The notes: generated from the letters alone by a model not told the origin. A stretch of 64,000 nucleotides of DNA from Epiperipatus broadwayi (GCA_028023455.1 JAQFVV010000006.1:1550001-1614000), one strand, 5' to 3'; positions 1 through 14,077 are shown, numbered from the stretch's first letter. Made by a program: numbers and translations.

Positions 1-560
1 TTAATCTGGTTTTATTTATATATATTATATTTTTAATTTTATCTATATTTTGTCTTGTTTATTCTTTATTTTATTCATTCCATTCTTTTGTCCTATTATT
101 TATTTATTTATTTCATATTCTTTTATTCATCTTGTTTTTATTGACTGCAGGCCGGACTGTCGAAATATCAATTTATACATAAAAGTTTGCAATTAAGTAT
201 TTAAAGAGTAGAATTGTTTTTATTTAGTACTGTGTCTGCGTCATTGTCTTTTATTATATCTTTATTTATATGAATTTGAAAAGAATGGGGAAATGTGGAG
301 ATGTTTATTATATCTATAAAGATATTATATAGGGGTCAGAGAAAGGTGAATAACTCCGTGTGTGTAAATTTAAAAAAATCAGATATATTAATCTTTAACT
401 GAGGTTTAAAGTTTATATCTGTGCTAGGGATAATCTCTAGTTTCAAAAATGATTAGTAATAACCATTAGTGTATTTATCTGAAATGGATGGCGTCAAAGT
501 TGTGAGTGGAGGGAGTTTGACAATGGTAAATGAAAATGTAACAATTGGAAAAGCCTATGC

Positions 561-728
561 ACAGAAGCAAAACTCCATATAGTAGCGCCACTCAGTGCAA
601 GACAGAGTAATGAATGGATGCAGGAAGATTTTACTTTGGCTTGCACTGAGTGGCGCTACTGTATGGAGTTTTGCCTCCGTATAAACAGTTTGGGTAATGA
701 TAAAGAATGGTGATCATGTGATGTTTAA
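561..728. mobile_element. Family A (HHR retrozyme-like) short fold-back fragment, no ribozyme core retained
   Basis: Inverted arms GCAAAACTCCATATAGTAGCGCCACTCAGTGCAAG / CTTGCACTGAGTGGCGCTACTGTATGGAGTTTTGC; same sequence as the segment 3' of the HHR in 62920-63885; ends in the family tail TGGTGATCATGTGATGTTT. Confidence 0.75.
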
Positions 729-1399
729 TAGAAAGGTCTATATATATAAATAGATTCATAGTCGATCGTATCTTACGTTATTACTGTTAATATTAATTTT
801 CCAGTTTTATTTTATTTGTACTTACGAGTTTAGCTTTAGTCAAGATTAAATATTTATATATAAAACATTGAGGTAGTAATATATATTTAACATCACATTG
901 AAATGTTTTTTACGATGATGTTAAACTTAAAACGATGTTTAACTTCAGAAGGTTTTTTTTCTATCTTTTTTTTTAAAAAAAATATGATTTCAGTAAATGC
1001 TAAAGAAATTTCTTCTCCCTGAGGGGAGGGAAGGATATGCTCTTTCTCTTTGATGAATACCGAAAATAATTTTCTATTTGATTTTGACTAATTATTTAAT
1101 AAATCGTAAAAAGGTTTTTTTTTTTTTTAAAAAATTAGCTTTTAAGATATTATCAGTATTAATATTATATGAATATGAGAAAATTTTATGAAAAAATATA
1201 TCAATTTTTACTTCTTTAAATTTTTTATTACTTTAGTATTTCATTTTTTAGATTTGGTGGTATTCGATTTCAGTGCTCTTTTTAAATTATTTTATGTTTC
1301 GCACGTCTGTGTGTGTGGAGAGAGGAGGGAGAAGATTTTATCATTTATTGCCATTTGGATTTATTAACATATATATATTACTGCTTGAAATTCAGACTA

Positions 1400-3610
1400 G
1401 GGGAGGAAGAAATAGTATTACTAGATGATGAGGGAATAGAATGTAGCTCTTGAAAAGAATTAGTGACAATCTTAAATAAGTATGTAATGGGTATAGATAA
1501 AATGTTAGGTGTGAAGGTCAGAGTGATAACAAACAAGAAAGCATATAGTAATGAAAATATTAGGTTTACAGAAAATGAATTGAATGAGACGGGGAAGAAA
1601 TTGAAAAGTGGAAAGGGGAGACATTTAGATGGATGGGCAGCAGAGCTAGTAATGAATTTAGGAACTAGAGCAAAATTAAACCTATTACCATGTTTTAATA
1701 AGATGGCATAAAAGAGAGAATTTTCTGATAGTTGGAATAAGTAAGGCTACTATTTAAAGGAAATGATAAAAATCATAGAAAGTTAAACAATTATAGACCG
1801 ATAGCGTTAATATCAATGTTATATAAAGTTTTGCATATATGGTGGCTGGAAGGCCGGCAAAGTGGATGGAAGAAAATAATATAGTGGGAGAAATGCAAGG
1901 AGGTTTTCGATCGGATAGACATATAGGAGATAGTTTATTTATAGTCACAACAACATATAGATGTGAGTTGGAATAGAAGTAGACAGTTATATATGGTTTT
2001 TATAGATATAGAGCAGGCATATGGTAAGATAAATAGAAATAGATTATTGGTAAGTTTAGTAAATTTGGGAATGAATGGAGCTTTAGGAGATCTTATTAAG
2101 AGATTGTATGAAAATAATTATTATACATATCAATTAGGAAATATAAAATCAGAGTTAAAAGTGGGGTGGGACGAAGGCAAGAACGCTTTATATTATATAT
2201 TTTGTTTTTGATATATTTGAGAGAAATGGAGAGCATAATAGAAAGACTAGGAAAAGAGTAGAGATATCATTAATAAATGGCAAGGCATGTATATATTAAC
2301 AGGTAGGTGTTTTATTAGCTGATGATATGTTATTGTGGACAGAAAGTAGGGAAAATATGGAAATTATGCCAAAGATATGGGCAAGGGTGGGTAAAGAGAT
2401 GAAGATTAAATTTATCTGAAGAAAAATCAAAAGTAATGCAGAGGAAATAGAAGAGAAATAAGTTTTATTGTGGAATATAAAGTTAAATGTGGTGAATAAG
2501 TACAACTATTTGAGAATCATCTTGAGTAATCAGTGAAATTGCTGGATGAATGGGAGAAAAATTGATAAATGAAGCAAAGAAAAGAAAGGGACTGATAAAG
2601 AAATTAATAGCATTTTCATATAATAAATATAATGTAGCAAGAATTGTATGGAAGGGAGTGGCAGTAACAGGGTTAACTTATGATAATGATGCGTTATGTG
2701 TCAGTAAAAGAATGTTAGATTTACTTAGAAAAAGTACAAAGCGAAGTTGGAAGATGTGCATTAGATGCAGATGTGTGGTTGGCAAAAGAGGCAATTCAAT
2801 GAAAAATGGGATGGTCAAGTTTTTATATGAGATGAGCAAAAAGCAAAATGAAAATTAAATTGCAACTTATGGATAATAAGATGGGTAAAAGACAGGCAAC
2901 AAGATGGGTGAGAAAGCTAGTACAGTATGCATAAGATTTGGATAAAGACATATATTAGTATACTTATATAAAAGGTGGGATGATTGTGTTAGGAGAATTG
3001 TTGGTGTTATAGTGGCAAAAAATAGGATAGAAGAATAGATGCCTTAATAAAAAATAGGGAGTTGGAGAACTAATATGGAGAGTAAAAAGTGTTTAAATAT
3101 ATATAGAAGTAAACAGAATATTGAGTGCAAGTTAATTTCTGATAATAGCAAGGAAAGTAATTCACTGTTTAAGGCTCAAACAGGATCGTTAGCAACAAGG
3201 TAATATACTCATAAATGGAGAAATGTGGGTGATTTAGTCTACAAGTTATGTAAGGAAGGCATAGAAAATATTAGCCATCTGTTAATTGAATATAAATGAC
3301 TTACAAGCAGAAAGTAAACAAATAAAGAGGTTGTGGGAGAATAAATGTAAACAAAGTGATTATACAGAAAGTGAGTCCTTGATTTTTATGCTGGGTTTGG
3401 AAAAAGATAAGGGGGATTTAGATATAAAGGCCATAGAGTGGACAAAGATAATGTTGTGGAAATGGGATGGAGCAGGATAGAGAAGAATATGGGAAAAATT
3501 AGGATGGGGAATGGAAAGGGAAAATAAGATGGCTAACAAGTTTTTCTGGGCACAGTGGCTGAGAGATTTCTGACTCCGAAGCAGAAGCCATAGTGCATCA
3601 CATCACATTG
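1400..3610 (+). mobile_element. Decayed non-LTR retrotransposon (LINE) ORF2: RT plus C-terminal Zn-finger; clade uncertain
   Basis: Frameshifted RT motifs NYRPIALIS, GEMQGGFRSDRHIGD, YMVFIDIEQAY, LADDMLL; C-terminal FKAQTGSLATR...KLCKEGIENISHLLIE; 3' (CATCA)n tail shared with three other copies in the window. Confidence 0.85.
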
Positions 3611-4333
3611 GAAGGGTGATTTGGTATTTTTATATTTTATGAATTACTTATGGTAATGAAAATTATGGAAAAAATAGAAATAAATTTTTGAAAATTTAAT
3701 ACTTATATATAGTAGAGATCTTATCATTATAACTCATCTATCCAATTACATTCATTTTGGAGTTTGAATCCAGGCCTATTAAAACTTAAAAAAAAAAATT
3801 ATAATCAGGCATAGAACTGTTTTTTCAGGAAGTCAATGTATAAGAAACTCAGCTGACCATCCAGTATTGGTCAATAATTGAATGTCGAGCTACTCATAAA
3901 GGATATTGGTCAAATATTCCAAACTGATGGATAAATATTCAAACTCATTTTCTGACAGTCAGCAAGCTTAATGAGTAATGTCTCCATTGTTTTTCTATGA
4001 GAGAATATTGAGAGACCTTGCTTTGCAATTGAATCTTTAAAGGCAGTTTACATTTCCATTTTTATTTATTAAGATTAGACTTATTTGACAGTCAATGTGT
4101 AACTATAGTGAAACAAAACAAGGCACTGTGCATCTGACTTTTAAAGACTCCTCAACTGCCTCTCATTAAATTAAAGGACAGTATTAAATAAATATATATT
4201 TTAGAACCTGTTAAATATTCATGGCAATTAATTAGTAAATATATTTGGAGTCATTTTAATAGACACTAGGGCATTTTTTGATACTATGGATTTAGTAAAT
4301 ATATTTGGAATCGTTTTAATAGATGCTGTAGGG

Positions 4334-5058
4334 CAGTGGTCTTCAACCCCTGGCCCGCAGAAGTTTTCTGCCAGTCCGCGCTATGCTGGCAGGAAAGTTT
4401 GTAATAACAAAATAAGATTTTAAACTTTTAATTAATATAAACAATTTTTATTTATTTTTTCACAGAACGAAAACAAAATCTAATCAATCATATATAAATT
4501 AATTTGTTTTTCTATTTATCACAGTTGTTTATGGGGGGGGGGGGTAGAATCAAATTTTTTATTATTTTTTCTAAAAAAATTCAAAATTAAAAAAAAAAGT
4601 TTTTTATTATACAAACTCCATATATATATATATAACTTCATCTTGAATATTTAACATTAAATACAGATATTACATTTATCATAATCATTGTCATGTAATT
4701 ACACTAGCTGTGATATTTCCCAACATTCAGGTGAATAACATTTTATTCTTGCATATTTTAACAATGAAATGATAAACGTAGAAATGCAAGCACATTAATG
4801 AGAACGATTGTTATTGTACTGTTTTCTGTAGCAGTATGACTGCGCAACTTGAGTGTTCAGCACAGGAAGGTAAGCAACACAACACCATTACACTACACAG
4901 TAAATAGTTTGCTGTTTTGCTCAGTTATAACAATTATGCTCATCTAAGGCTAAGCATTTTACATCTTTAAGAAAATTTATCTGTAAACTTCTGCCGGTCC
5001 GTGAAATCTTATCCTTATTTTTGCCGGTCCGCACGTGTGAAAACGTTGACGACTACTG
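4334..5058. mobile_element. hAT (Buster/Charlie-type) MITE, 725 bp
   Basis: TIRs CAGTGGTCTTCAAC / GTTGACGACTACTG; perfect 8-bp TSD CTGTAGGG (4326-4333, 5059-5066) fitting the nnnTAnnn Buster target; non-coding. Confidence 0.9.
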
Positions 5059-6049
5059 CTGTAGGGCATTTGTTGATAATGTGGAGTTACTGTACCAGTG
5101 CTGACATAATCAAGCAATAAATTATTTTAGACAATTCACCGATAGTGCCAACAGCGTTCCCTGACATCTTATCCAGGTCAAATTTCAAATTTCATAGACA
5201 ATTCGGTGGCTTCTCCTGGTATCCTTAAATGTCTTAGAGCTTCTACTAAAATAACACCATATATTTAATATCAGTTATTATTATTTTTGTTTTCTATATC
5301 TATATAAACGTTGAAGTCGTAGAGTGACAGATTCTTGAGCTCAAGGTCCACAGACAGGAGCCCGGCTCTGTCATTTCCAATGTTCAACATCTTACGAACT
5401 CTGAATCATTTGATTAATATTATTCAAAAAAAGTATTAAAGGGCTGCTATACTACTATGGACAGTACTTTATATTAAAATAGTTAAATGGTTTTTAAAAT
5501 TTTTTATCATTACCCTCATATTTTCAAAAAATAGCTGCCATATTTTAAAATCATTTTTTATGTGTTTTTTTTTTTTTACCTTTTTGGTAAGCTTGATGAA
5601 TATATGTGTGAGGGATCTTTATTACTGGATTACGTAGGATAGCAAGTGATGGCAAGATAGCAATGATAACGATTAAGGTTCATTTCTGATCCTCGTATTC
5701 TATTGGCTAGTTATCTTACCTAGTTCCAAGCATGACACTATATATACGTTCATGTGAAAGGTTTATTAGGGTTACATATATACATGCGTACATATACACA
5801 CTAAATTGAAGATATCTTTAATTCAAATATAAATTGAAATACTTTTTTAAATGTATAGACATGAAAATGAGAATTGTGCAATATGTAATGTTTTTCTATG
5901 ACTCTCTATGGATTTGAAAGTTAGACATTACTAAAAAAAAAGCATCACATAGCCTTCAAAATGTGCGATCTTTGTCTACACATTTTGCTACCTATTTCCA
6001 CTCTATTAGCAATTGTCTCCCAATCTCACTACGTTTATGCCATCTAGTG

Positions 6050-6640
6050 TAAGATTCATTAATCAGTAAGTGCCAGATGGTACTGCTTAAATAAATCCTT
6101 ATCCAGTGTTGTCCATCCACATATCCCCAGATTAGTTTCATACTTTCATCAGTGAGTAGATTTTAGATTTTTGAGCAGTTTCTCAGATCTTTTGGATCTT
6201 ATGCATTGTTTCTCTAATAGTGATTTTTACTTTTTTTGTTATACTATCAAGTTACCAGCCCAATTTGGAAAAACCTTTAATTTTTTTCAATCCAAGCCAT
6301 CAATTCTTGCCAAAGAATTGATACGCCTAAGGTTATTTAAAAACTGAGGTCACCATAATATATATAGGCACTGAACTAAATTCATATGTATATAACTGCA
6401 AGCAAATTGGTTTGGATTGGAAAAATTTACAGGTTTTTACATTTGGATTGTTATATTGATAATATATTGAAAAGTTAAAAATGGCTGCCGGAAAAAAAAA
6501 AACATCCCATTACAAATGGCCAAGGTGCACTATTCAAAAATCCAAAAGCTCTTCACTGATAAAAGCCCTAAGCTAGAAAACTAGTTTGGGGATATTTGGA
6601 TAGGACAGCATTCAATAAGGGTTTATTAGGCACTGGATTT
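6050..6640. mobile_element. Family A diverged fold-back with two degenerate HHR motifs (minus ~6115-6160, plus ~6540-6600)
   Basis: Plus: CTTCA-CTGATAA-AAGC-CCTAA-GCTA-GAAAAC-TAGTT-TGGGGATAT; minus: CTCA-CTGATGA-AAGTAT-GAAAC-TAATC-TGGGGATAT (stem II lost). Confidence 0.6.
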
Positions 6641-6972
6641 ATGTGACATTTGAAGATCTTGGAGTAGAATGAACATTTAACAATTCCATTCAGTTTGAAG
6701 TGAGGTTTTTTTTTTTTATTGCCTCTATTCAACTTTTACTTTTAAGTTTACTATTCAATTTCTGTGTTAAATTGCACAGAGTAAGAACAAGTGCAAGGAA
6801 TGATAGGAAATGTATTGTGATATTGTTGATCTGTGTTACCGGGGAAGTTTATGGAAAGGCTGGAGAAAAGATCAATGAACACCTGATTGTATTTGACCTG
6901 AATTCTTTTTTTAACTGCTTATGATTAAATTGAAATTATTGTAGTTTGAGGCTATCATGAGCAATCTGTTTT

Positions 6973-7080
6973 TTTTTTTCATATGTCAAAGCATCCGCCG
7001 GGAAGCAAACCCACAACAACTGTCTGCAAGCAACTGCTTGGAAGGCAGCTGCGCTGACCTCTCGGCTACCAACGCTTGAC
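6973..7080 (-). mobile_element. tRNA-like short retroposon (SINE-like), copy 1
   Basis: A-box TAGCCGAGAGGT, B-box-like GGTTTGCTTCCC, oligo(A) tail, 16-bp TSD ATGAGCAATCTGTTTT (6957-6972, 7081-7096); homologous to 39264-39371. Confidence 0.8.
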
Positions 7081-7374
7081 ATGAGCAATCTGTTTTATTA
7101 GAAAAGCATTTAAAACTCGAAAATATTGATGTAGGAAACAGGAAATGGGTAGCTGCTGTAGAAAAGTATAGTAATGAATTACTTTTGCGCAGCCTGAAAA
7201 ACCAAATAATTGGTTTAGTTCATTCAGAATTGCTAATCATATGATCATGAGGAAGTTATGTTGATTTGTCAACAACCAATAATAATAATCATCAGAGGGA
7301 CTCATGGAAATGAGGATAGCCATTCCACCCCCAAGAAAAGTAAAGTTAGGTGAAATAATAATAATGTACCGCAG

Positions 7375-7900
7375 GAGATGTTTGCGATGGCTATACAAAC
7401 CTATCCATGAACTGCAAATACATCCACATATAAAATATGCTGGTCCCTTATTCTGTTTATTTTATACTTAGCAATGCTATCTTTTTATGTCTGAAAAAAA
7501 CATTTCTTTCTGATATACTTCAACAATATCCCGTCTAATTGTAGTGATGGTAAACCATTCTTAACTATATCTTCTCAGTAAAGGCCATCGGTAGCATGCT
7601 TGCCTTGAATATATTTGAGTTAATCTTTCCTAATGTATCAGGGTCTGCCGTCTCCATGAAAACCACGCTTAAGTTTACGACAAAATATATTTTAATCTTG
7701 TATTGATCATTCATATCATCTGACCAATCCAATGAAAATAAGATTTTATAATAATCGATTCTATACATTTTGAATTTAGCAAGTTGTCAAACATGATTGG
7801 TCTTACGATCTTGCCAATGTATTTTTAGAATTTTAAAGATCATCCTTAAATGAGAATTTTCTAAGACCTCTTCTTATATTTTGGTGATACGAACTTAGTC
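7375..7900 (-). mobile_element. RTE-clade LINE 3' relic (BovB-like C-terminus)
   Basis: Minus-strand peptides HLRMIFKILKIHWQDRKTN, IESIIIKSYFHWIGQM and C-terminal CGCICSSWIGLYSHRKH resemble the RTE ORF end; many stops and frameshifts. Confidence 0.65.
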
Positions 7901-9250
7901 TCATTTTCAGGTAATAAATCAGGTAAAGAAACACTACTGTATACAGCTAATTTGGTTGCTTCTTATATTACGATGACAATGTTGTCACTTTTAACCAGTT
8001 AAAAGTAGCAACAACAGCTTTGTTCACCTATCTACTTAAAAAGCTATTGAGATATCGGAAATTATTCATCCTTGCCAAAGTGTGGTTAATATTTTGAATG
8101 TATCTTACAGAGATTTTCAATACTAACAAAGATTGTAATCTACCCATAGAATGAAATCAATAATTGTACGCTAATGACTAAAGAAAAATTATAATTTGTA
8201 GATTTTTTTTTTTTTAGCAAAATATATTAAAAAAAAAGAAGGGAAAGTGGTGCATTTAGCAATCAAACCAGTGCACAATGGTTAGCGTTCGTTTAAAACG
8301 TGTGATCAATTTAAACATTACATAAGAAAGTAAATTTGCGATGAGGCCAAATGGAATTCCATAAAGAATTAAATTACAAAATCTATTCATGGATTGAAAA
8401 TAAGTAAGGATTAAGCAATCACAACAATACAAAAAAATAAACTTTGTATTCAATAACAAAGTAAATAATGAAAATAAATCCATAAGAAATTAAATTAATG
8501 TAGAAGTATTACTGTAAAATGATAACAAATATACGCAGCCCGTATATAGCAAAGCTTTGATGATTAGTTTGGTTTAATTTGCTTAGCTAGTTTTTGACTC
8601 TTATTAGTCCTAGGCATAGCAATAGTTGTAATGGGGAATGGATGTGTATATATATTGTTTGTGCTAAAGACAAATAAATACGCCATTAACAAGAAAGAAT
8701 CCTGCATTCCTTTGGGTAAGAAATGGCCTATCCACTCTACATATAATGCTATATACAAATCATATGTAAATTAGCACGAACAATATATATACACATCCAT
8801 TCCCTGTTACGTCTATGACTTATAACAGTCGAAAGTAGTGGAGCAAATTAAGCTAAGCTAACCATTAACGCTTTGATATATACGTGCTGCGTACAATTAT
8901 TGTTATAGAAATTACATTCCAAAAAGGTATCCGTATATGAGGAAAATGAAATATGTGGCTACCATAAAAATGAAATTGGCAATAACATACAATTATACAA
9001 TCATTGATTGAATAAGTGCAATACAAACAACTAGTTGTGTAATTTAAAAGAAAGTAATTGATAAAAATATATTGATAAAAAATTAAATTCCAACAAACGT
9101 GCCAATCTATAGGAAAAATTAAAAATGTGACTGCCCTGAAAAGTAAAACATGATATTGTCATAAATTTACATTTTCTCCCTATCATTGTAAAAATCTATG
9201 TTTTTGTCACTGTAATTAGTATGACATCCACATTTTTCATTTTCTTTGTA

Positions 9251-10590
9251 CATAAACAGTTTATTTGGATTTTAATTGCTTATGACTTCAGTGCTGTCAA
9301 TTATTTTTTTATGGGTTGCATGCATTCATACATGGACAGTTTATTTGGATTTTAATTTCTTATGACCAGTGCTGTCAATTATTTTTTTATGGGTTGCATG
9401 CATTCATACATGGACAGTTTATTTGGATTTTAATTTCTTATGACCAGTGCTGTCAATTATTTTTTTATGGGTTGCATGCATTCATACATGGACAGTTTAT
9501 TTGAATCTTAATTTCTTATGACTTCAGTGCTGCCAATTATTTTTTTTATGGGTTGTATGCATTCATACAAGGACAGTTTATCTGGATTTTAATTTCTTAT
9601 GACCAGTGCTGTCAATTATTTTTTTATGGGTTGCATGCATTCATACATGGACAGTTTATTTGGATTTTAATTTCTTATGACTTCAGTGCGGTGCTGTCAA
9701 TTATTTTTTATGGGTTGCATGTATTCATATATGGACAGTTTATTTGGATTCAGTGCTGTCACTTATTTTTTTATGGGTTGCATGCATTTCTTATGACTTC
9801 AGTGCTGTGAATTATTATTTTATGGGTTGCATGCATTTATACATGGACAGTTTATTTGATTTTAATTTCTTATGACTTCGGTGCTGTCAATTATTTTTTT
9901 ATGGGTTGCATGCATTTCTTATGACTTCAGTGCTGTCAATTATTTTTTATGGGTTCCATGCATTCATACATGGGCAGTTTATTTGGATTCTATTTTCTTA
10001 TGACTTTGGTGCTGTCAATTATTTTTTTATGGGTTGCATGCATTCATACATGGACAGTTTATTTGGATTTTAATTTTTTATGACTTCAGTGCAGTGCTGT
10101 CAATTATTTTTTATGGGTTGCATGCATTTCTACATGGACAGTTTATTTGAATCTTAATTTCTTATGACTTCAGCGCTGTCAATTATTTTTTTATGGATTG
10201 CATGCATTCATACAAGGACAGTTTATCTGGATTTTAATTTCTTATGACCAGTGCTGTCAATTATTTTTTTATGGGTTGCATGCATTCATACATGGACAGT
10301 TTATTTGGATTTTAATTTCTTATGACTTCAGTGCGGTCAATTATTTTTTATGGGTTGCATGCATTCATACATGGACAGTTTATTTGGATTCAGTGCTGTC
10401 AATTATTTTTTTATGGGTTGCATGCATTCATACATGGACAGTTTATTTGAATTTTAATTTCTTATGACTTAATGTTGTCAATTATTTTTTTATGGGTTGC
10501 ATGCATTCATATATGGACAGTTTATTTGGATTTTAATTTCTTATGACTTTAATGCTGTCAATTATTTTTTTATGGGTTGCATGCATTCAT
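9251..10590. repeat. Minisatellite, ~78-81 bp unit, about 17 copies
   Basis: Unit GGACAGTTTATTTGGATTTTAATTTCTTATGAC(TT)CAGTGCTGTCAATTATTTTTTTATGGGTTGCATGCATTCATACAT repeated directly, with internal deletion variants. Confidence 0.95.
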
Positions 10591-10904
10591 TCACTGTTGT
10601 GCTTGTCAAATGTTTCTTGTATTCAATCCACAGATTGGCTTTCTAATTTAATTTATTTTCAAGTTGTATTTGATCATATCTCTAATATCTATGGAATGCT
10701 TACATTGATCATGCATTGGAAGGGTTGTTTTTTTCTCAATCATTGTGGATTGCTTTGGTTTCAGATGTAATATTTTAAGGTTTGTTTTTTTAATGTATAA
10801 AATTCTTACCTTAATGTTTTAAAAATGTTATTTTCATGTTCTTTGATTTGATTTTTACCAAAAAAAATATGAAAGTTATGGATTAGTTTTTTTTTTGAAA
10901 CAGT

Positions 10905-11775
10905 AGAACCTCTCTCCACACAGTAGTGCTATCCAGTGCAAGCCATAGTAATCAGTGGATACTAGAAAGTTTGTGCATCAAAATCACTATAGTGCCTACT
11001 ATTTAATATTCCTGACTACATTCTAACTCATGATCTTCATCAATGAGGAGCCTTGGATATTAGAACACTACATGCAGATGTTTGGATCTAATGCAAATCA
11101 ACTATAAAACTATGAATCCAAAATGAAAACACAATAATGTTTTCAATCTAAGCTCATTCGCTTATATAGTTATACAGATCTGAACCTGGTTCAATATCTA
11201 TACATTTTAGTATCTTTGGTTTTGAATTTTTTAATAACCATAATCAGGATTATCCTTCAGTCAGAATTGGTATTAAGCCACTAAAACCTTACACGATCAC
11301 CATTTTTTATGCTTACACAAGTTGTTAAAACATCAGCAACTCTTTCCATATATCATGTGATGTTTTAGTGGTTTAATACCAATTCTGGCCAAAGGGTGAT
11401 GATGACTATGGTTATTAAAAACAAAGACACCAAAATGTATAGATTCTGAACTGGGTTCAGATCTGTGTGACTATATAAGCAAATGAGTTTGGATTGAAAA
11501 TATTATTGTGTTTTCATTTTGGAATCAGCTTTATAGTTAACTAAAAAGATAAAATGTGGTTGCTGAAGGGTTGCATTAGCTTCAAAGATCTAGATACAAT
11601 ACTCTCAGACCCGAGACATCTCACTGATGAAGCCTATACGCTAGAAACTCATCTGGGGATATTGAATGAGCAGGCACCCTAGATAGGCATTTTGATGTGC
11701 AAACATTTTAGCATCCATTGGTTGCTATGGCACTGCTGTATGGAGAAAATTGCTACTGGTTTAACAGCTATTAAG
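10905..11775. mobile_element. Family A long fold-back (minus monomer then plus monomer) with degenerate HHRs
   Basis: Plus HHR ~11615-11670 CTCA-CTGATGA-AGC-CTATAC-GCT-A-GAAAC-TCATC-TGGGGATATTG; left arm is the reverse complement of most of the ~430-bp monomer. Confidence 0.75.
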
Positions 11776-12034
11776 CATAAGAAATAATGATAAGGTTTTT
11801 GTGTAGTTTTTTTTCGGTCATTAATATGTTATAGCTTGAATTGGTCACAAGTTTTACTAGCTCCAACTCTGGTTTAATAATATATATTTAAAAAGTCAAG
11901 TCGTCGATCAGCCAATGATGGAAGAAAAGTCACAGTTGTTTTAGTGTGAATGATTATCAATCTAATAACAGTTAACCAAAAAAATAAATACAAGCTCATA
12001 TATAACCATATTTGTTTATAGATTTATTTTTTAA

Positions 12035-12140
12035 CAGAGGCAAAACTCTCAATACAATAGCGCCACTCGGTGGAGAGTTTTGCCTCTGTGTTTACAGCTT
12101 GTGTAAGCATAAAAAATGGTGATCATGTGATGTTTAGCGT
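12035..12140. mobile_element. Family A minimal fold-back fragment
   Basis: CAGAGGCAAAACTCTC...GAGAGTTTTGCCTCTG inverted arms followed by the family tail AAATGGTGATCATGTGATGTTT. Confidence 0.7.
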
Positions 12141-12559
12141 TGCTTTTTGTTAGCAAAACTGTTTCAGAAACAGACATAATCATAATAAATTAATTTTAAT
12201 TAAAGAAATCGATCTTAGAAAGTTTTTAATTACAGGCTTAGGAAAAAAATCAAAAACAACCATCCAGGCCTCTGAGATATTGAAGTATAAATTAATATCA
12301 AATTAATTTTGTTGTTTTCTTTTTTGCAGCGTAAACATATTTAATTTGATTTATACTAAAAACAAAAACAGACTGCAAATTAATAAGAAAAAAAAAACCC
12401 TTCACTTTTAGAGTTGAACAATTTATTGAAAATTTTAATACAAATTGTCGATGGTTTTAAATCACCATAGGGAAGGAGTTGTTCAAAATATATCCTATCA
12501 ACAAATTTTGGTCGCATTTCATCATTCAAATTGTGGTAATTATTTGTTTAGTTAAAAGT

Positions 12560-12860
12560 CATCATCATCGTTTTTAATTATTATTCATTGAAGAATCAAA
12601 GTCTCTTCACATTATTCCACTAGATGTTATTTTTTAATCAATCCACTCCACACATGGTCTTTTTCTAAAATTTTTACGACCCCTTGGGACTCATTTTAAG
12701 TTGATTGTCCATTTATTTTTTATTTTCTTCAAGAACCCATTCAGCCCATCTCCACTTAGACTTCTTAATTCTTTCGATACATTGTGGAATAGGTTCTGGA
12801 GCGCAGGTGCCATGGTTTTCCACAAGATCGTTTTTGGTGTGCAAACATTTTTGAATTCCT
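12560..12860 (-). mobile_element. RTE-like LINE 3' fragment
   Basis: Minus-strand IKKSKWRWAEW-like segment and (TGA)n tail as in the RTE copies at 33280, 47985 and 55420. Confidence 0.5.
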
Positions 12861-13194
12861 AAGCAATAAACCACTCAGTAGTTTTATTTTTTCCACTGCT
12901 TCTAATGATGTCTATTGGGTTTTTATTCCTATTGTATTTTGGTTTCAAACCTTTCTTGTTAATCTCGATATGCATATATCTATGTTGTGATGGCTGAATA
13001 TTTTGTATTGTTTTTGCTATTAAGCGTCCGTAAGTATGCATTTATAAAGACATTTATTAAAAATCTTTTTTTGTTTTCAAGCAGTTTTAAAAAAATTTCG
13101 CGTAAGTATAATTCTACCCAAAACATTCTGTCCAAGATTAATTCTATAGGGGCATAATTTGGGAGGGGGGAAGGGTTTGCACAAAAAATACATA

Positions 13195-14077
13195 TGAGGG
13201 AGTACCCAAAAATAACCTGGAAATTTGGTAATAAAAAAATGCATGTTTATTTTAGGTTTTACAAATTGAATCGCCTTCAAAGTACTTTCTATTTGATGCA
13301 GTGCACTTGTGTAAATGTGTTTTTCTTTTTGTAAAGTTCTTGAAACTCTTGTAAAGTGATGCCTTTTAACACCTTTATTGTCCTTCTTTTTTCACCACTT
13401 CCAAGCCTGTGAAACTTTTTTTTTTCATGCATTTTTTTTATTCAGGAGGGGGGGGGATAAAAAGAAGTTGCATAGAATGAGGTTGGATGAATATGGCTGA
13501 TGGATAAGCTGTATCATGCTATTTCTAATTGAAAATTGTTTCACATTTAAGGCTTTGTGTGCTGATGCATTGTTGTGGCAAAGCTTGCACTCCCCACTTT
13601 GCCACAAACCAGGACATTTTCATTTTACCGCATCATGCAAACATTTCAGAACTTATACATAAAATGCCTGATTCTTATGAATGAATTTTTAAGTGAATAA
13701 TGCCATTTGCATAAATAAAAAAACCCAGCATTGCCTTGTCATTGGACTTCATTCACCATGCTTTTTTGGGATGGGATGAAATTGATGCTTTATTAAACAA
13801 CTTGTGTTTTTCCCAGGGCGGTATGCTTGCAAGATGTTTCAAGTGTTATTACTGTTATCATGCCATTTTTCCTAACAGAAAACAGAATTTCACCACTTTT
13901 CATCTGTTAAAAAAAATCGACAAATAGGCAAGATATTCAAGAAAAACATTTACTACGCTGCTCCATGACTTCATTCAATGATGGACCATTAGCAGACTTG
14001 GGATAGCTGCTGAAGCATGTATTATAACCCACTTGCCCTCCAGAGAATGATTATGGTTATTTTTGGGCACCCGCTCA
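13195..14077 (-). mobile_element. Internally deleted mariner transposon
   Basis: TIRs TGAGGGAGTACCCAAAAATAACC / GGTTATTTTTGGGCACCCGCTCA flanked by TA; minus-strand relic peptides VKFCFLLGK, KSNDKAML, NQAFYV*VLKCLHDAV, CHNNASAHKAL, HQPYSSNLILCNFFL (cf. HDNAPAH, HPPYSPDLAPCDFFLF). Confidence 0.9.

Noticed and set aside
135-175. TTGACTGCAGGCCGGACTGTCGAAATATC as a hammerhead
   Set aside because: Probably a decayed Penelope-type motif, but the CUGANGA box is too altered to call.
5325-5390. Nested hairpins with GGTCC...AGCCCGG reminiscent of a twister ribozyme
   Set aside because: The conserved twister L1/L4 residues and pseudoknot pairings could not be placed; single copy, no covariation.
9251-10590. 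ORFs of repeated HAFIHGQFIWILISYDQCCQLFFYGL as a repeat protein, or the array as CRISPR
   Set aside because: Only 78-bp units keep frame and neighbouring 79-84 bp units shift it; there are no unique spacers and the context is eukaryotic.
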